A model generated the notes under the pieces. That model worked only from the letters and a program-made list of their open reading frames with translations, made no database searches and was not told where the DNA came from. Positions 9,905 through 18,949 of a DNA stretch of 64,000 nt are shown piece after piece. How positions within the stretch are numbered: the first letter of the stretch is position 1; each line of letters opens with the position of its first letter. The DNA is taken from the NCBI GenBank assembly GCA_001780035.1, contig MFEY01000005.1, positions 40,354 to 104,353 on the forward strand, read 5' to 3'. Origin of the DNA: Candidatus Doudnabacteria bacterium RIFCSPHIGHO2_12_FULL_48_16 (lineage in GTDB: Bacteria; Patescibacteriota; Doudnabacteria; UBA920; O2-02-FULL-48-8). A program made the translations under genes and the position numbers.

Positions 9905-10531
9905 TTGGAAAAGAAAGTTCTGCTTAAAAAAATCGTCGGCGTGACTCTGATCATATTGGGGGCCATTTCGGTGTTGACGCCTTTTACGCCGTTTGGCTGG
10001 CTGATTTTTGTGGGGCTTGGTTTTTTGGGTGTTAGGATCGGCTTTTGGGCTCGAATTAAAAGTTATTTTAACCGATGGCGGACGAATGGCGGACGAATGG
10101 CGGACGAAATAATCATCAAGTTAAAGCCGGGCGACTCTTTGCATACCGTTCACAGCGCATTGATTCCAATCTTGACGCGAGCCAAAACTGGGACGAGACT
10201 GGGTTATTGCGCCGGCCTGGTCAGTTCGGAAGGGTCGGAGCATGTGACCAAAAATTTTGAGCGCCTGGTCAGATTTGCTCGCCATTTGGAGCAGTTGCAT
10301 GGCTTTGCCGTTTTTTCCAGCGGCGATATTTTTCGGCCCGAAGTGTTGGAAATCGTCAAACACTCGCCCGAACATGATTTTTATCAATTTTGGCGCAACG
10401 TCCTGAGCAGCGGTCTGGTTACCGATGTGTTCATGACCCCGAGGTGGGAGCGATCGAGAGGGGCAATGGACGAGCACGAAACAGCCAAGAAGCTCGGAAT
10501 AGCGATTTATTATTTGGATTTTGAAATCTAA
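9905..10531 (+). CDS. membrane-anchored DUF4406/nucleoside 2-deoxyribosyltransferase-like protein
   Basis: Two N-terminal TM helices and a C-terminal ...MTPRWERSRGAMDEHETAKKLGIAIYYLD. It contains a 3 x 11-bp tandem repeat. Confidence 0.45.
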   Translation: MEKKVLLKKIVGVTLIILGAISVLTPFTPFGWLIFVGLGFLGVRIGFWARIKSYFNRWRTNGGRMADEIIIKLKPGDSLHTVHSALIPILTRAKTGTRLGYCAGLVSSEGSEHVTKNFERLVRFARHLEQLHGFAVFSSGDIFRPEVLEIVKHSPEHDFYQFWRNVLSSGLVTDVFMTPRWERSRGAMDEHETAKKLGIAIYYLDFEI

Positions 10532-10535
10532 AACT

Positions 10536-10559
10536 AAAAATCCCGTTATCGGGATTTTT
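10536..10559 (+). terminator. intrinsic terminator; palindrome resembles abutted TIR cores
   Basis: aaaaatcccg-ttat-cgggattttt followed by a T-run. The stem carries the same tcccgtta/taacggga core as the repeat family. Confidence 0.5.
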
Positions 10560-10804
10560 AGTCAGTATGCGTGGTGTCCATGTTTGGCTTGTCGAACTTA
10601 TTTATATAGAAGGCATAACCGCCTTAAGGGTTGGACCGCAAATCATGGACTGGCGCATACGCGTTTCATCCTTTGTTGCATCCATTTCTCCTTTCCATAA
10701 GCATCGTAAAAAGTTATAATTATTTCGTCAACTTTGACATTTAAGCGCTCGTGTTTTGTAATCCAGAAATAGCTGCCGTTTAAAACTGAAAATTTACTGG
10801 TCTT

Positions 10805-10834
10805 TTGACAAGCCACTGCTTACAGGAGTAAAAT
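10805..10834 (+). promoter_or_regulatory. candidate sigma70-like promoter upstream of rarA
   Basis: TTGACA at 10805-10810, an 18-nt spacer, then TAAAAT at 10829-10834. Confidence 0.3.
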
Positions 10835-10889
10835 TAAAGATAGGGAATTTACCTGTGGACAGCGGCATTGGCGCCGCTTTATTTTTTTA

Positions 10890-12131
10890 ATGGAGAGGGG
10901 AGTTCTAAGCAAAAGAAACTCAAAGCAAATGGAACCGTTAGCATCAAAGATTCGACCCAAAAACCTGGAAGAATTTATCGGGCAAGCGCATTTGGTCGGC
11001 CTTGATAGGCCGTTAAGAATCGCCATCGAGAACAAGCATTTGTTTTCCTTCATTTTTTGGGGACCGCCGGGCGTGGGCAAGACGACCCTGGCCAAAATTT
11101 ATGCCAAAGCTCTGAATGCCGACCTGTTTGAATTGTCCGCAGTTTCATCTGGTAAAGATGATGTCCGGCAGATTGTGAACCCCGTTAGAAGTAAGACGCC
11201 TGGGACGTCTGCCGATATGTTTACATACCGGACTTCTAACGGGGTGAATGCCAACACGGCCAAACCGAAAGTCTTGTTTCTGGACGAAATCCATCGGTTC
11301 AACAAAGCCCAGCAGGATTACTTGCTGCCGTTTGTCGAAAAAGGAGAAATCACTCTGATCGGCGCAACTACGGAAAATCCCAGCTTCGAGATTATCCCGG
11401 CGTTGCTGTCTCGCTGCCGGGTGTTTGTCCTGCATGAATTTTCGGCCGAAGAAATGTCAAAAATCATTGACCGCACCGGAGTCAAGCTCGATAAAAAATC
11501 CAAAGAATGGCTGGTCAATATGGCCAACGGCGATGCGCGGCAGGCAATCACTATGTTGGAGAATACGGTTAATTTTTACGGCAAAGCTACAGTTGAGAAC
11601 CTGAAGAACACGCTGCAGAGCAAATTCCTGCGGTTCGATAAGAAGGGCGAAGAGCATCACAACACGATTAGCGCGTTTATCAAATCCATGCGGGCCAGCC
11701 AGCCGGATGCAGCGCTGTATTATTTGGCCCGGATGATTGAATCAGGCGAGGATCCGAAATTTATTGCCCGGCGCATGGTCGTGTTCGCATCCGAAGACAT
11801 TGGATTGGCGCAACCCACGGCTTTGGTCGTCGCCAATGATGTGTTCCGCGCCGTTGAAACTATAGGCTTGCCGGAGGCGGCGGTCAATCTGGCGCACGGC
11901 GTGGCGTATCTGGCTTTGGCCCCTAAGAATCGCGATTCTTACAATGCTTATTATGAAGCGCTCGATGACGTCAAAGAGCTGGGCAATCTGCCGATCCCGA
12001 TGATGATCCGCAATGCCCCGACCAAGCTTATGAAGGATTTGGGCTACCACCAAGGTTATGAATTGTATCCAAAGGAAGATCTTTTGCCGGAGCAGCTGAA
12101 AGGCAAAAAATATCTGAAGCGAAAAAAATGA
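10890..12131 (+). CDS. rarA: replication-associated recombination protein A (AAA+ ATPase)
   Basis: FWGPPGVGKTTLA, LFLDEIHRFNKAQQD and GATTENPSFE. It carries a 23-aa in-frame insertion, which is repeat copy B. Confidence 0.9.
   Translation: MERGVLSKRNSKQMEPLASKIRPKNLEEFIGQAHLVGLDRPLRIAIENKHLFSFIFWGPPGVGKTTLAKIYAKALNADLFELSAVSSGKDDVRQIVNPVRSKTPGTSADMFTYRTSNGVNANTAKPKVLFLDEIHRFNKAQQDYLLPFVEKGEITLIGATTENPSFEIIPALLSRCRVFVLHEFSAEEMSKIIDRTGVKLDKKSKEWLVNMANGDARQAITMLENTVNFYGKATVENLKNTLQSKFLRFDKKGEEHHNTISAFIKSMRASQPDAALYYLARMIESGEDPKFIARRMVVFASEDIGLAQPTALVVANDVFRAVETIGLPEAAVNLAHGVAYLALAPKNRDSYNAYYEALDDVKELGNLPIPMMIRNAPTKLMKDLGYHQGYELYPKEDLLPEQLKGKKYLKRKK
11179..11245. repeat. inverted-repeat (MITE-like) element, copy B, in-frame inside rarA
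   Basis: Perfect 14-bp TIRs: accccgttagaagt at 11179-11192 and acttctaacggggt at 11232-11245. The flanking dinucleotide GA is duplicated, so 67+2 = 69 bp adds 23 codons. Confidence 0.7.
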
Positions 12132-12152
12132 TTTCTATGGCTTTTTTTGATT

Positions 12153-12716
12153 TCAAGGGTTCATGAAAAAAATTACGAGGGCTGCAAAAACCGCGACCAG
12201 CCCGACATAAAACGTTTTCATCCTCATATACACGTTACGAAACATCTTTATGTAAAATATCAATAAACTTTCATGGATATAAGGGTTGCTGTCAGTGTTG
12301 GCCTCGAATAAGAAATATTGTTTTTTGCTAAACGGCCAAAGCCACATAATTCCAATTTCAATCGAATCCACGACCATGTGGCTGGTAAACGAGGCCAAAA
12401 ACACCAAGGCAAAATACTGCGCATAAAGAGAGTCGGAAAGAAAATATATACTGAGTCCGATCACCAATCCGAATATTGGCGTGTGGGTCAGAAAACGCCG
12501 GTGGCTGACATTGTTTCGTATCCGGACGGACCGGAGCATTATGAAGGAGATAATCATATCCCAATCCACCGCCACAGCCCAAAATAAACTCCATAGCAGT
12601 AATGAATTTACTTGATCCAAAGAAAGGGCCGGGTGCAAAATTTTAAGCAAAACAAAAGCAAATAAATAACCGGTGGCGGCATGATCGTAAGGCATCATAT
12701 AAGGAAAGAGTAGCAA
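12153..12716 (-). CDS. membrane-bound metal-dependent hydrolase (YdjM/DUF457-like)
   Basis: Polytopic membrane protein with a HRRFLTHTPIFG motif. Confidence 0.45.
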   Translation of the reverse strand: MLLFPYMMPYDHAATGYLFAFVLLKILHPALSLDQVNSLLLWSLFWAVAVDWDMIISFIMLRSVRIRNNVSHRRFLTHTPIFGLVIGLSIYFLSDSLYAQYFALVFLASFTSHMVVDSIEIGIMWLWPFSKKQYFLFEANTDSNPYIHESLLIFYIKMFRNVYMRMKTFYVGLVAVFAALVIFFMNP

Positions 12717-12748
12717 AAATAAAACCGCCCAGGTAGGGCGGCTTTGGT

Positions 12749-14125
12749 TTAGTAAGAGCTGCGGTCGTCGCGATAGCGGATGCGGTTCGCATCAAACCCT
12801 TGATCCTGCGGTCGGCTGGGATCGCGGCGGGGAAACTGGTCGCGCGATTTATAGCGGCCGGGTTTTCTAAACCCAGGGCGGGCAGGGCGATCAGAGGAGC
12901 GGTTGCCCTGTTCGCGCACATAATCATGACGCGGCTGGCCCGGGCGGCTGGGCATTGGACGGGCTTCGCGTCTGAATTCAGCTCGGCCCGTGGTGGGAAT
13001 CGATTGCAACCCTTCAGCTTGCTTGACCGGAAGGGTAATTCTGATTAGGCGTTCAATACTGCGAACATCGTAGCGCTGGTCCGGCGTGGCGAAGGAAATC
13101 GCTTTGCCAGCCAGGCCCGCCCGGCCAGTACGGCCGATGCGATGGACGTAATCTTCCGGGTTTTCCGGCAGATCGTAGTTGATCACGAGCTCAATGCCGC
13201 TAACGTCGATGCCGCGGGCCGCAATATCGGTGGCGATCAACACGCGGTAACGGCCGATTTTGAACCCTTCCAGAGCTTCTTTGCGCTGGCCCAGGGAGCG
13301 GTTGGAATGGATTTCAGAAGAGGTGTGGCCCATATTGCGGACGGCATGGGCGATTTTTTTGGCGCCAAATTTCGTCCGGGTAAAAACCAGGATGCTGCCT
13401 TTATGTTCGGTTAAAATCTTGGTCAGCAGAGAAACTTTCTGGTCGCGGGCGACGAAGAAAACTTCCTGGGCCACGTCGCGCGCGGCGGTGCCGGATGGCG
13501 CCACTTCGATTCGGATCGGGATGGTCATGTATGAGGTGGCGATCTGAACGATGGAGTTCGGCATGGTGGCCGAGAACAGCATGGTCTGTCTGGCTTTGGG
13601 CACTTTGGCCAGGATGCGGCGGATCTGGGGCTCAAAGCCCATGTCGAGCATGCGGTCGGCTTCGTCCAAAACCAAAATCGTGACCGAAGACAGATCGATT
13701 GTTTTTTGTTCCAGATGATCGTTGATGCGACCGGGGGTGCCGATGATAATATGTGGATTTTGGCGCAGGCTGCGGATCTGTCTGTTGATTGGTTCGCCGC
13801 CGATTAAGACGGAAGTTTTGAGTCCGACTTGGCGGCCGATTTTTTGCAGAGCCTCGTCGACTTGCAACGCAAGTTCGCGGGTCGGTAAAATGATCAGGCC
13901 GCGGCCTTTGTTTTGAGCCAGGCGCTGAATCATCGGAATGCCAAAAGCCATGGTCTTGCCAGTTCCGGTTTGCGCAATGCCCATGACATCTTTGCCTTCA
14001 ATCGCAATCGGAATCGATTGGAACTGAATCGGGGTCGGTATAGTGAACCTAAGTTGTTGGAGGATTTCAAACAGCTTGGGAGCTATTCCTAACCCTTCGA
14101 AAGAAGTGTTGGTCGGATTGACCAT
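12749..14125 (-). CDS. DEAD-box ATP-dependent RNA helicase
   Basis: AQTGTGKT, DEAD (LVLDEADRMLDMGF), SAT and HRIGRTGRAG, with an R/D-rich C-terminal tail. Confidence 0.9.
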   Translation of the reverse strand: MVNPTNTSFEGLGIAPKLFEILQQLRFTIPTPIQFQSIPIAIEGKDVMGIAQTGTGKTMAFGIPMIQRLAQNKGRGLIILPTRELALQVDEALQKIGRQVGLKTSVLIGGEPINRQIRSLRQNPHIIIGTPGRINDHLEQKTIDLSSVTILVLDEADRMLDMGFEPQIRRILAKVPKARQTMLFSATMPNSIVQIATSYMTIPIRIEVAPSGTAARDVAQEVFFVARDQKVSLLTKILTEHKGSILVFTRTKFGAKKIAHAVRNMGHTSSEIHSNRSLGQRKEALEGFKIGRYRVLIATDIAARGIDVSGIELVINYDLPENPEDYVHRIGRTGRAGLAGKAISFATPDQRYDVRSIERLIRITLPVKQAEGLQSIPTTGRAEFRREARPMPSRPGQPRHDYVREQGNRSSDRPARPGFRKPGRYKSRDQFPRRDPSRPQDQGFDANRIRYRDDRSSY

Positions 14126-14251
14126 AAAAAATGAGTTTCTTCCGCCGTCGCTAAAGCTATGGCGGATCCGCCGAAGCTTTACGCGTAGGCGGAGACCCGA
14201 ACGTCCAAGGGCCAGAAATACAGCGCAATTTGGTATCGAGTCGATTATTTA

Positions 14252-14347
14252 TCCCGTTTAGAAATTTTTCTAAAAAGGGGATTGATTAAGATTAACCGTT
14301 GTCGTAATTAGCGATAATTGTATGCTAATCACTTATTTCTAACGGGA
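14252..14347. repeat. inverted-repeat element, copy C
   Basis: tcccgtttagaaat at 14252-14265 pairs with atttctaacggga at 14335-14347. The element sits in the divergent intergenic region between the helicase and the GT-C gene. Confidence 0.6.
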
Positions 14348-14444
14348 TTTAACTAACAACTAATTATACTCCTTTTTGGCGATTTTGTCAACCCTCACAA
14401 CAAATCCTCGCTAAAAGCGATAAATTGGTGCTAAAATATTAATC

Positions 14445-16178
14445 ATGAACAAACATTCAAAGCTGATTGTCGTGACCATGTTTATAATGATTTTCGCCAC
14501 GTGGTTTTCGCACAATGTCAAATCAGATTTGCCGTTGATCTTCCAAAAAGACCTGCGCGCGCATGATGAATCCTCCAATTCGACCGTCGCGGCCAATATC
14601 ACCCGGCAATTTTTCCCACCCATGATCCGGGTCAACCCGCTGGATGATAAACAGGGGAACTGGATGGAGGGCCCGTTTTGGCAACATATCCCCCCGCTGT
14701 TTGCTTACGTGCCTTATGCGTTTTTCGAGCTCGACGGACATGTCAGCATAGAAGTTAAGCGGCTCTCTTATGCCTTTGTGACGCTGTTGACCGGGATCTT
14801 GTTCATTGCGATTGTCTTTTGGTTTTCCAGGAATTTACTCGCGGCGTTCGCCGCGCTCTTGGCCAGCTTATTTTGGATCAATACGCCGTTTACCCACGAG
14901 TTGATAACCGGTTATGCGTTCGGCGTCTCGGATATTGTTCTGGCGTTTACGGCCGTTTTGGCCTTTGGCGGGATTTTATTTTATCTTGAAAAAGACCGAG
15001 CAGAGCGTTTAAATTATTCCTGGAAGCGCTTAGCTGTCATCGCTTTGCTCGTGGCCCTGCCGGTCATGGCCAAAAATCTGCTCGGCGCGCTGCCGGCGGC
15101 TGGATTTGTGCTCCTTTTGTTTTGGGACCAGAAAAAATTCAATCGGAACTTTTGGACCTCTCTCTCTTGGCTGGCCGGCTGGCTGATTGCGTATTATTCG
15201 CCCCTGCTGATTGCCTCGCCAGGCACGTTCAAAAATGAAATCCTGGTATCTTTTTTTCATGCCGTCAACTACGAAGGGTGGGGGCGGCCCTGGCATTTTT
15301 ATATTACGGACTATTTGCCGCACCGGTATTTGTTCGGTTGGACGGTTTGGTATTGGCTGGGAATAATTGGCGCTCTGCTGACTCTTGGTATTCGAATTAC
15401 GAATTACGAATTACGAATTACGGTTGAAGCAAAAATGCTGGGGCTCTGCTTGGGCTGGTTTGCGGCCAACCTCTTGGCGATATCTCTAATCATCTCTAAA
15501 ATTCCGAATTTCATTTATCAGAGTTATTTGTTCAGTCTGTTTGCCATCTTTTTAAGCCTGTTTTGGTGGTTCGACAAGTGGCGAATTGAGCAGCTGGACC
15601 AAAAGTATCTGAAGTGGGGGCTTGGCATAGCGCTCGTGATCGCCTTGTTGGTTACCGGGCGCAGCGTTTGGCGGTTTGAGGTTTTGTTCGAGGCGCATCG
15701 GGCGGCGGCGTATAATTACAATTCGGAGCGTGAAAAATTCTATCAGGTGGGGGAGTGGCTGCAGAATTTCGGCCTTGGCCCATCCGATCTCGTAATTGCG
15801 CGCGTCTCGGACAATGATTGTTGGCTGCGCTACGATGTTTTGTTTTTGACCGGTGCGGAAGCCAAAACGCTGACGGAACTCTCTTTCCATCTGCCAGCCG
15901 GGGAACTGGTAAGGCAAAAGTACGGTCGGATCTTTTTTATCGTCAACAAAGCCGAAAGTGTGCCGGCCGGGATTGCCGCCTACCAGCGGGTGGAACTGGA
16001 CAATTATTCGGTCGTCGCGTTTGATCTGAAAAATTTAGACAACGAGGCAACACAGCGGATAATCGCCGCGTTTGCGCGTTCTCATGAAAAGGACATTGCG
16101 CAGGATGTGGCGCGGATCAAGGCTGACAAAACCTCCTGCCAGTGGCTGGTGCCGGACGAAATTTTAAACGCCGACTAA
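14445..16178 (+). CDS. GT-C fold membrane glycosyltransferase-like protein (ArnT/PMT-like)
   Basis: 577 aa, with a polytopic N-terminal half and a soluble C-terminal domain. It carries an internal 4 x 7-bp repeat. Confidence 0.45.
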   Translation: MNKHSKLIVVTMFIMIFATWFSHNVKSDLPLIFQKDLRAHDESSNSTVAANITRQFFPPMIRVNPLDDKQGNWMEGPFWQHIPPLFAYVPYAFFELDGHVSIEVKRLSYAFVTLLTGILFIAIVFWFSRNLLAAFAALLASLFWINTPFTHELITGYAFGVSDIVLAFTAVLAFGGILFYLEKDRAERLNYSWKRLAVIALLVALPVMAKNLLGALPAAGFVLLLFWDQKKFNRNFWTSLSWLAGWLIAYYSPLLIASPGTFKNEILVSFFHAVNYEGWGRPWHFYITDYLPHRYLFGWTVWYWLGIIGALLTLGIRITNYELRITVEAKMLGLCLGWFAANLLAISLIISKIPNFIYQSYLFSLFAIFLSLFWWFDKWRIEQLDQKYLKWGLGIALVIALLVTGRSVWRFEVLFEAHRAAAYNYNSEREKFYQVGEWLQNFGLGPSDLVIARVSDNDCWLRYDVLFLTGAEAKTLTELSFHLPAGELVRQKYGRIFFIVNKAESVPAGIAAYQRVELDNYSVVAFDLKNLDNEATQRIIAAFARSHEKDIAQDVARIKADKTSCQWLVPDEILNAD

Positions 16179-16213
16179 TTGCCTAAAAAAAGCCCAAGCT
16201 ATATAATATATAC

Positions 16214-16834
16214 ATGCTCGAACAAAGTTTGATCAATTACATCAAAAGCGCTCTGGCTGAAGGCCGCAATGGCTCAGAAATCCGCCAAGCGCTGCTTGGT
16301 CATGGCTGGCAGGCCGGAGATGTCGATCAGGCCCTTTCCTTGCTCGTTTCCCACGGGCAATCCAGCGCGCCGAGCGCGCCGGCACCGGCTCTAGCGCCCG
16401 TAACTTTCGGTGAAATCAGTTCAGCCATTCCGATTGCCCGGACTAATTTTATCTCCCCTTACAGCTATCTGTTGGAGCTGGTTTTGTTTTTTGCCCTCCT
16501 GATTTTGGGCAACAAGGCCATCAGCGACATTCATACGCATTTCCCCACCGATATTAACGGCCGCTTGATTTTTGACGCCCTGGTAGTAATTCCGTTTTTG
16601 TTGGCGGCGACGACTCTGCATATGTCGTTTCTGCACAGCAAAGAGCGGTTCCGGGTCCTCTCCGAGCCTTATTATTTGGTCGCCGGTTGGTTGATTGTTC
16701 GGCTGCTGTGGAACGCGAGCAAATACATTCTCGACAAGAACGCGGTTTACGGCGTCTATATTGTCCTGCTGCTCGTGGTCGCGGTTCTGACCGGAATCGT
16801 CTTTTTTATCCAGAAATATATTAAGAAAGATTAA
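16214..16834 (+). CDS. membrane protein with N-terminal module shared with ABC ATPase
   Basis: N-terminal NYIKSALAEGRNGSEIRQALLGHGWQAGDV, then a P/A-rich linker and four TM helices. Confidence 0.5.
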   Translation: MLEQSLINYIKSALAEGRNGSEIRQALLGHGWQAGDVDQALSLLVSHGQSSAPSAPAPALAPVTFGEISSAIPIARTNFISPYSYLLELVLFFALLILGNKAISDIHTHFPTDINGRLIFDALVVIPFLLAATTLHMSFLHSKERFRVLSEPYYLVAGWLIVRLLWNASKYILDKNAVYGVYIVLLLVVAVLTGIVFFIQKYIKKD

Positions 16835-16838
16835 ACCC

Positions 16839-17288
16839 ATGGATGATTTGACCAAACAAGACTCACTTTGGCATTACAAGATGACTCCGGGCACCGGATT
16901 TGTGATCACCCTTCTGGTTTTGGCCTTGGTTGCTTTGGGTGAGCGGGTGCTTTATGATCTTGGCCGCCTTTATGCGCCATTGCCGCTTGATTATTTCCAA
17001 AATTTAAGCGTAATCGTGGTTCATTCGTTTTTCATCATTCCGCTGCTGATCGTTTCGATCATCGTTAACGCTCTGGTCGGCCACAAGAAAGAAAAATACG
17101 CGATCGTCCTGATCCCGTATTTCGTGCTGAGCATTGTGTTGGCCCTGCAGTTGATCTTGCAGATCGCGATTTATTTTGGTTTCCACCATACCAGTTTTCA
17201 GTTTTATGTCGTGATGACCGTTCTGGTTGCCGTTTGCACGATCGCCATCTTTTACATTCAGGACAAATATAACCCCAAGAAAACTTAA
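16839..17288 (+). CDS. hypothetical membrane protein
   Basis: 149 aa with four predicted TM helices. Confidence 0.4.
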   Translation: MDDLTKQDSLWHYKMTPGTGFVITLLVLALVALGERVLYDLGRLYAPLPLDYFQNLSVIVVHSFFIIPLLIVSIIVNALVGHKKEKYAIVLIPYFVLSIVLALQLILQIAIYFGFHHTSFQFYVVMTVLVAVCTIAIFYIQDKYNPKKT

Positions 17289-18922
17289 AGTCGGCGTTCC
17301 ACCTGATCGATCAATTGTTTGATCGAATCATCATTCGGATAAAGTTCTTCCAAAAGCCTGAGGTATTCGAGGGCTTTTTTGCTGTCATGGTCGTCGAGAT
17401 AGATTTGAATCAGGGCGTTGTAAGAGTAAGTGAACTTCGGGTCCTTTTCGATCGCCAACTTAAAATTTTCGATCGCGAGATCTTTGCGATCAAGGGCTTT
17501 GTAAGCATTGCCTAAATTGTGGTAGGCGACTTGAATGTCAGAATTAAGCGCAATGGCCCGTTGGTAGGTTTCGATTGCTTTTTCGTGCTGGTTGTCATCG
17601 TCATAGGCCATGCCGAGGTTATTGATTACGCGGTAACTGGTTGGCGCATAGCGCAGGGTCTGGTTATAAAAAATGATCGGATCACGCCATTCGGCGTTGC
17701 GGGAGATGGTTGTTTTGGCCAAAAAGACCAGGTAAATGAGCAATAATATTGAGATGGCTTGGGCGACCCTCACCCGCCCCTTCGGGGCACCCTCTCCCGT
17801 AAAGGGAGAGGGAAGAATAGAAAAAAAACTGATCCAGAAGCCGGCCATGGGCAGATATAACCAGTGTTCATAGAGCAGGCCGTTGATCGGCACCAAAATG
17901 TTGGAAACAGGCGCCAAACAAATCAGAAACCAGAGGCAGCCGAATGAAACCGCTGGCCGCTTTTTGAATTGCCAGAAGGCGGCCGCGATCAAAATTACGA
18001 ACAGCGCGAAACCGGCGATGACCTGAGAATTCCGGAGGCTTTGGGCGATTTCAATTGAGCGCTCCATGTGCAGATCATGCGGATAAATCAAAAGACCGAG
18101 GTAGACCCATAGGCTTTTGAAAAAAGTCAAAATGCGGACATAGACATGGCTGGTGAATAAATTTTGCTCGTTGTAAAGGTTAAAAGTGTTTTGGAAATTT
18201 AAAACCGTGGCGCGAAGGAGGATGTAGAATCCGGCAATGACAACGCTGGGCCACAGATTGTAAAAGAAATTACGTAACCTCGAATTAAATTCGGGATTGC
18301 GAAAAAACAGCTCAATTAACAGAATCAATCCTGGATAGACGATCGCGGTTTCCTTCGACATCAAAGCCAGCGGGAAAAAGGCGATTGACCACCAGAAAGA
18401 AGAGCGAACTTTATACTGTCGCCAAAACAAATAATTATTCAAGCCCAGCAACATGAATAAAACCGAGAGGGAATCACCCAAGCTGTTGACGTAAGTGACC
18501 GCCTCGGTTTGCAGCGGATGGATCAGAAATACCAGAGCAGTTAAAAAAGCCAGCGAATCTTTTTTGAATAATGCCCGCAGCAGATAGAACAGCAGAATGC
18601 TATCCGCGATATGAATAAATAAGTTAACGAGGTGATAACCATAGACCTGGCTGCCCCAGAGATGGTATTCGACAGAAAACACTATCAATAGAACCGGCCG
18701 CCAATAGTTACTGACGATATTGGCGCCGGCAACGACATTTTGTGAAAAATATTCCGGCAAATGCGACCAGTTGTGGACAAACTGGTTGTTTAGAATAAAA
18801 TCATTGTCATCCCAAAACATCTGGTTGGGGATTGTGTTGGCGAACAGAATCAAGCCGAACAGGGTCAAAACTGCGGGAATGAACCAAGATTTTTGTTTCA
18901 GAGTGAGCCAAATGTTCCCCAT
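17285..18922 (-). CDS. TMTC-like protein O-mannosyltransferase family membrane protein with C-terminal TPR repeats
   Basis: HPLQTEAV-type motif in the TM region and C-terminal TPR units (AYHNLGNAYKAL...). It contains a GC-rich double-hairpin insertion. Confidence 0.65.
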   Translation of the reverse strand: MGNIWLTLKQKSWFIPAVLTLFGLILFANTIPNQMFWDDNDFILNNQFVHNWSHLPEYFSQNVVAGANIVSNYWRPVLLIVFSVEYHLWGSQVYGYHLVNLFIHIADSILLFYLLRALFKKDSLAFLTALVFLIHPLQTEAVTYVNSLGDSLSVLFMLLGLNNYLFWRQYKVRSSFWWSIAFFPLALMSKETAIVYPGLILLIELFFRNPEFNSRLRNFFYNLWPSVVIAGFYILLRATVLNFQNTFNLYNEQNLFTSHVYVRILTFFKSLWVYLGLLIYPHDLHMERSIEIAQSLRNSQVIAGFALFVILIAAAFWQFKKRPAVSFGCLWFLICLAPVSNILVPINGLLYEHWLYLPMAGFWISFFSILPSPFTGEGAPKGRVRVAQAISILLLIYLVFLAKTTISRNAEWRDPIIFYNQTLRYAPTSYRVINNLGMAYDDDNQHEKAIETYQRAIALNSDIQVAYHNLGNAYKALDRKDLAIENFKLAIEKDPKFTYSYNALIQIYLDDHDSKKALEYLRLLEELYPNDDSIKQLIDQVERRL

Positions 18923-18949
18923 GGACGTATTGTAGCATTTGATTGTTGT

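Noticed and set aside
12643-12927. Small ORFs nested inside or antisense to the DEAD-box helicase, hppA, gyrB and others
   Set aside because: They are fully contained within strongly supported genes and have no independent signals.
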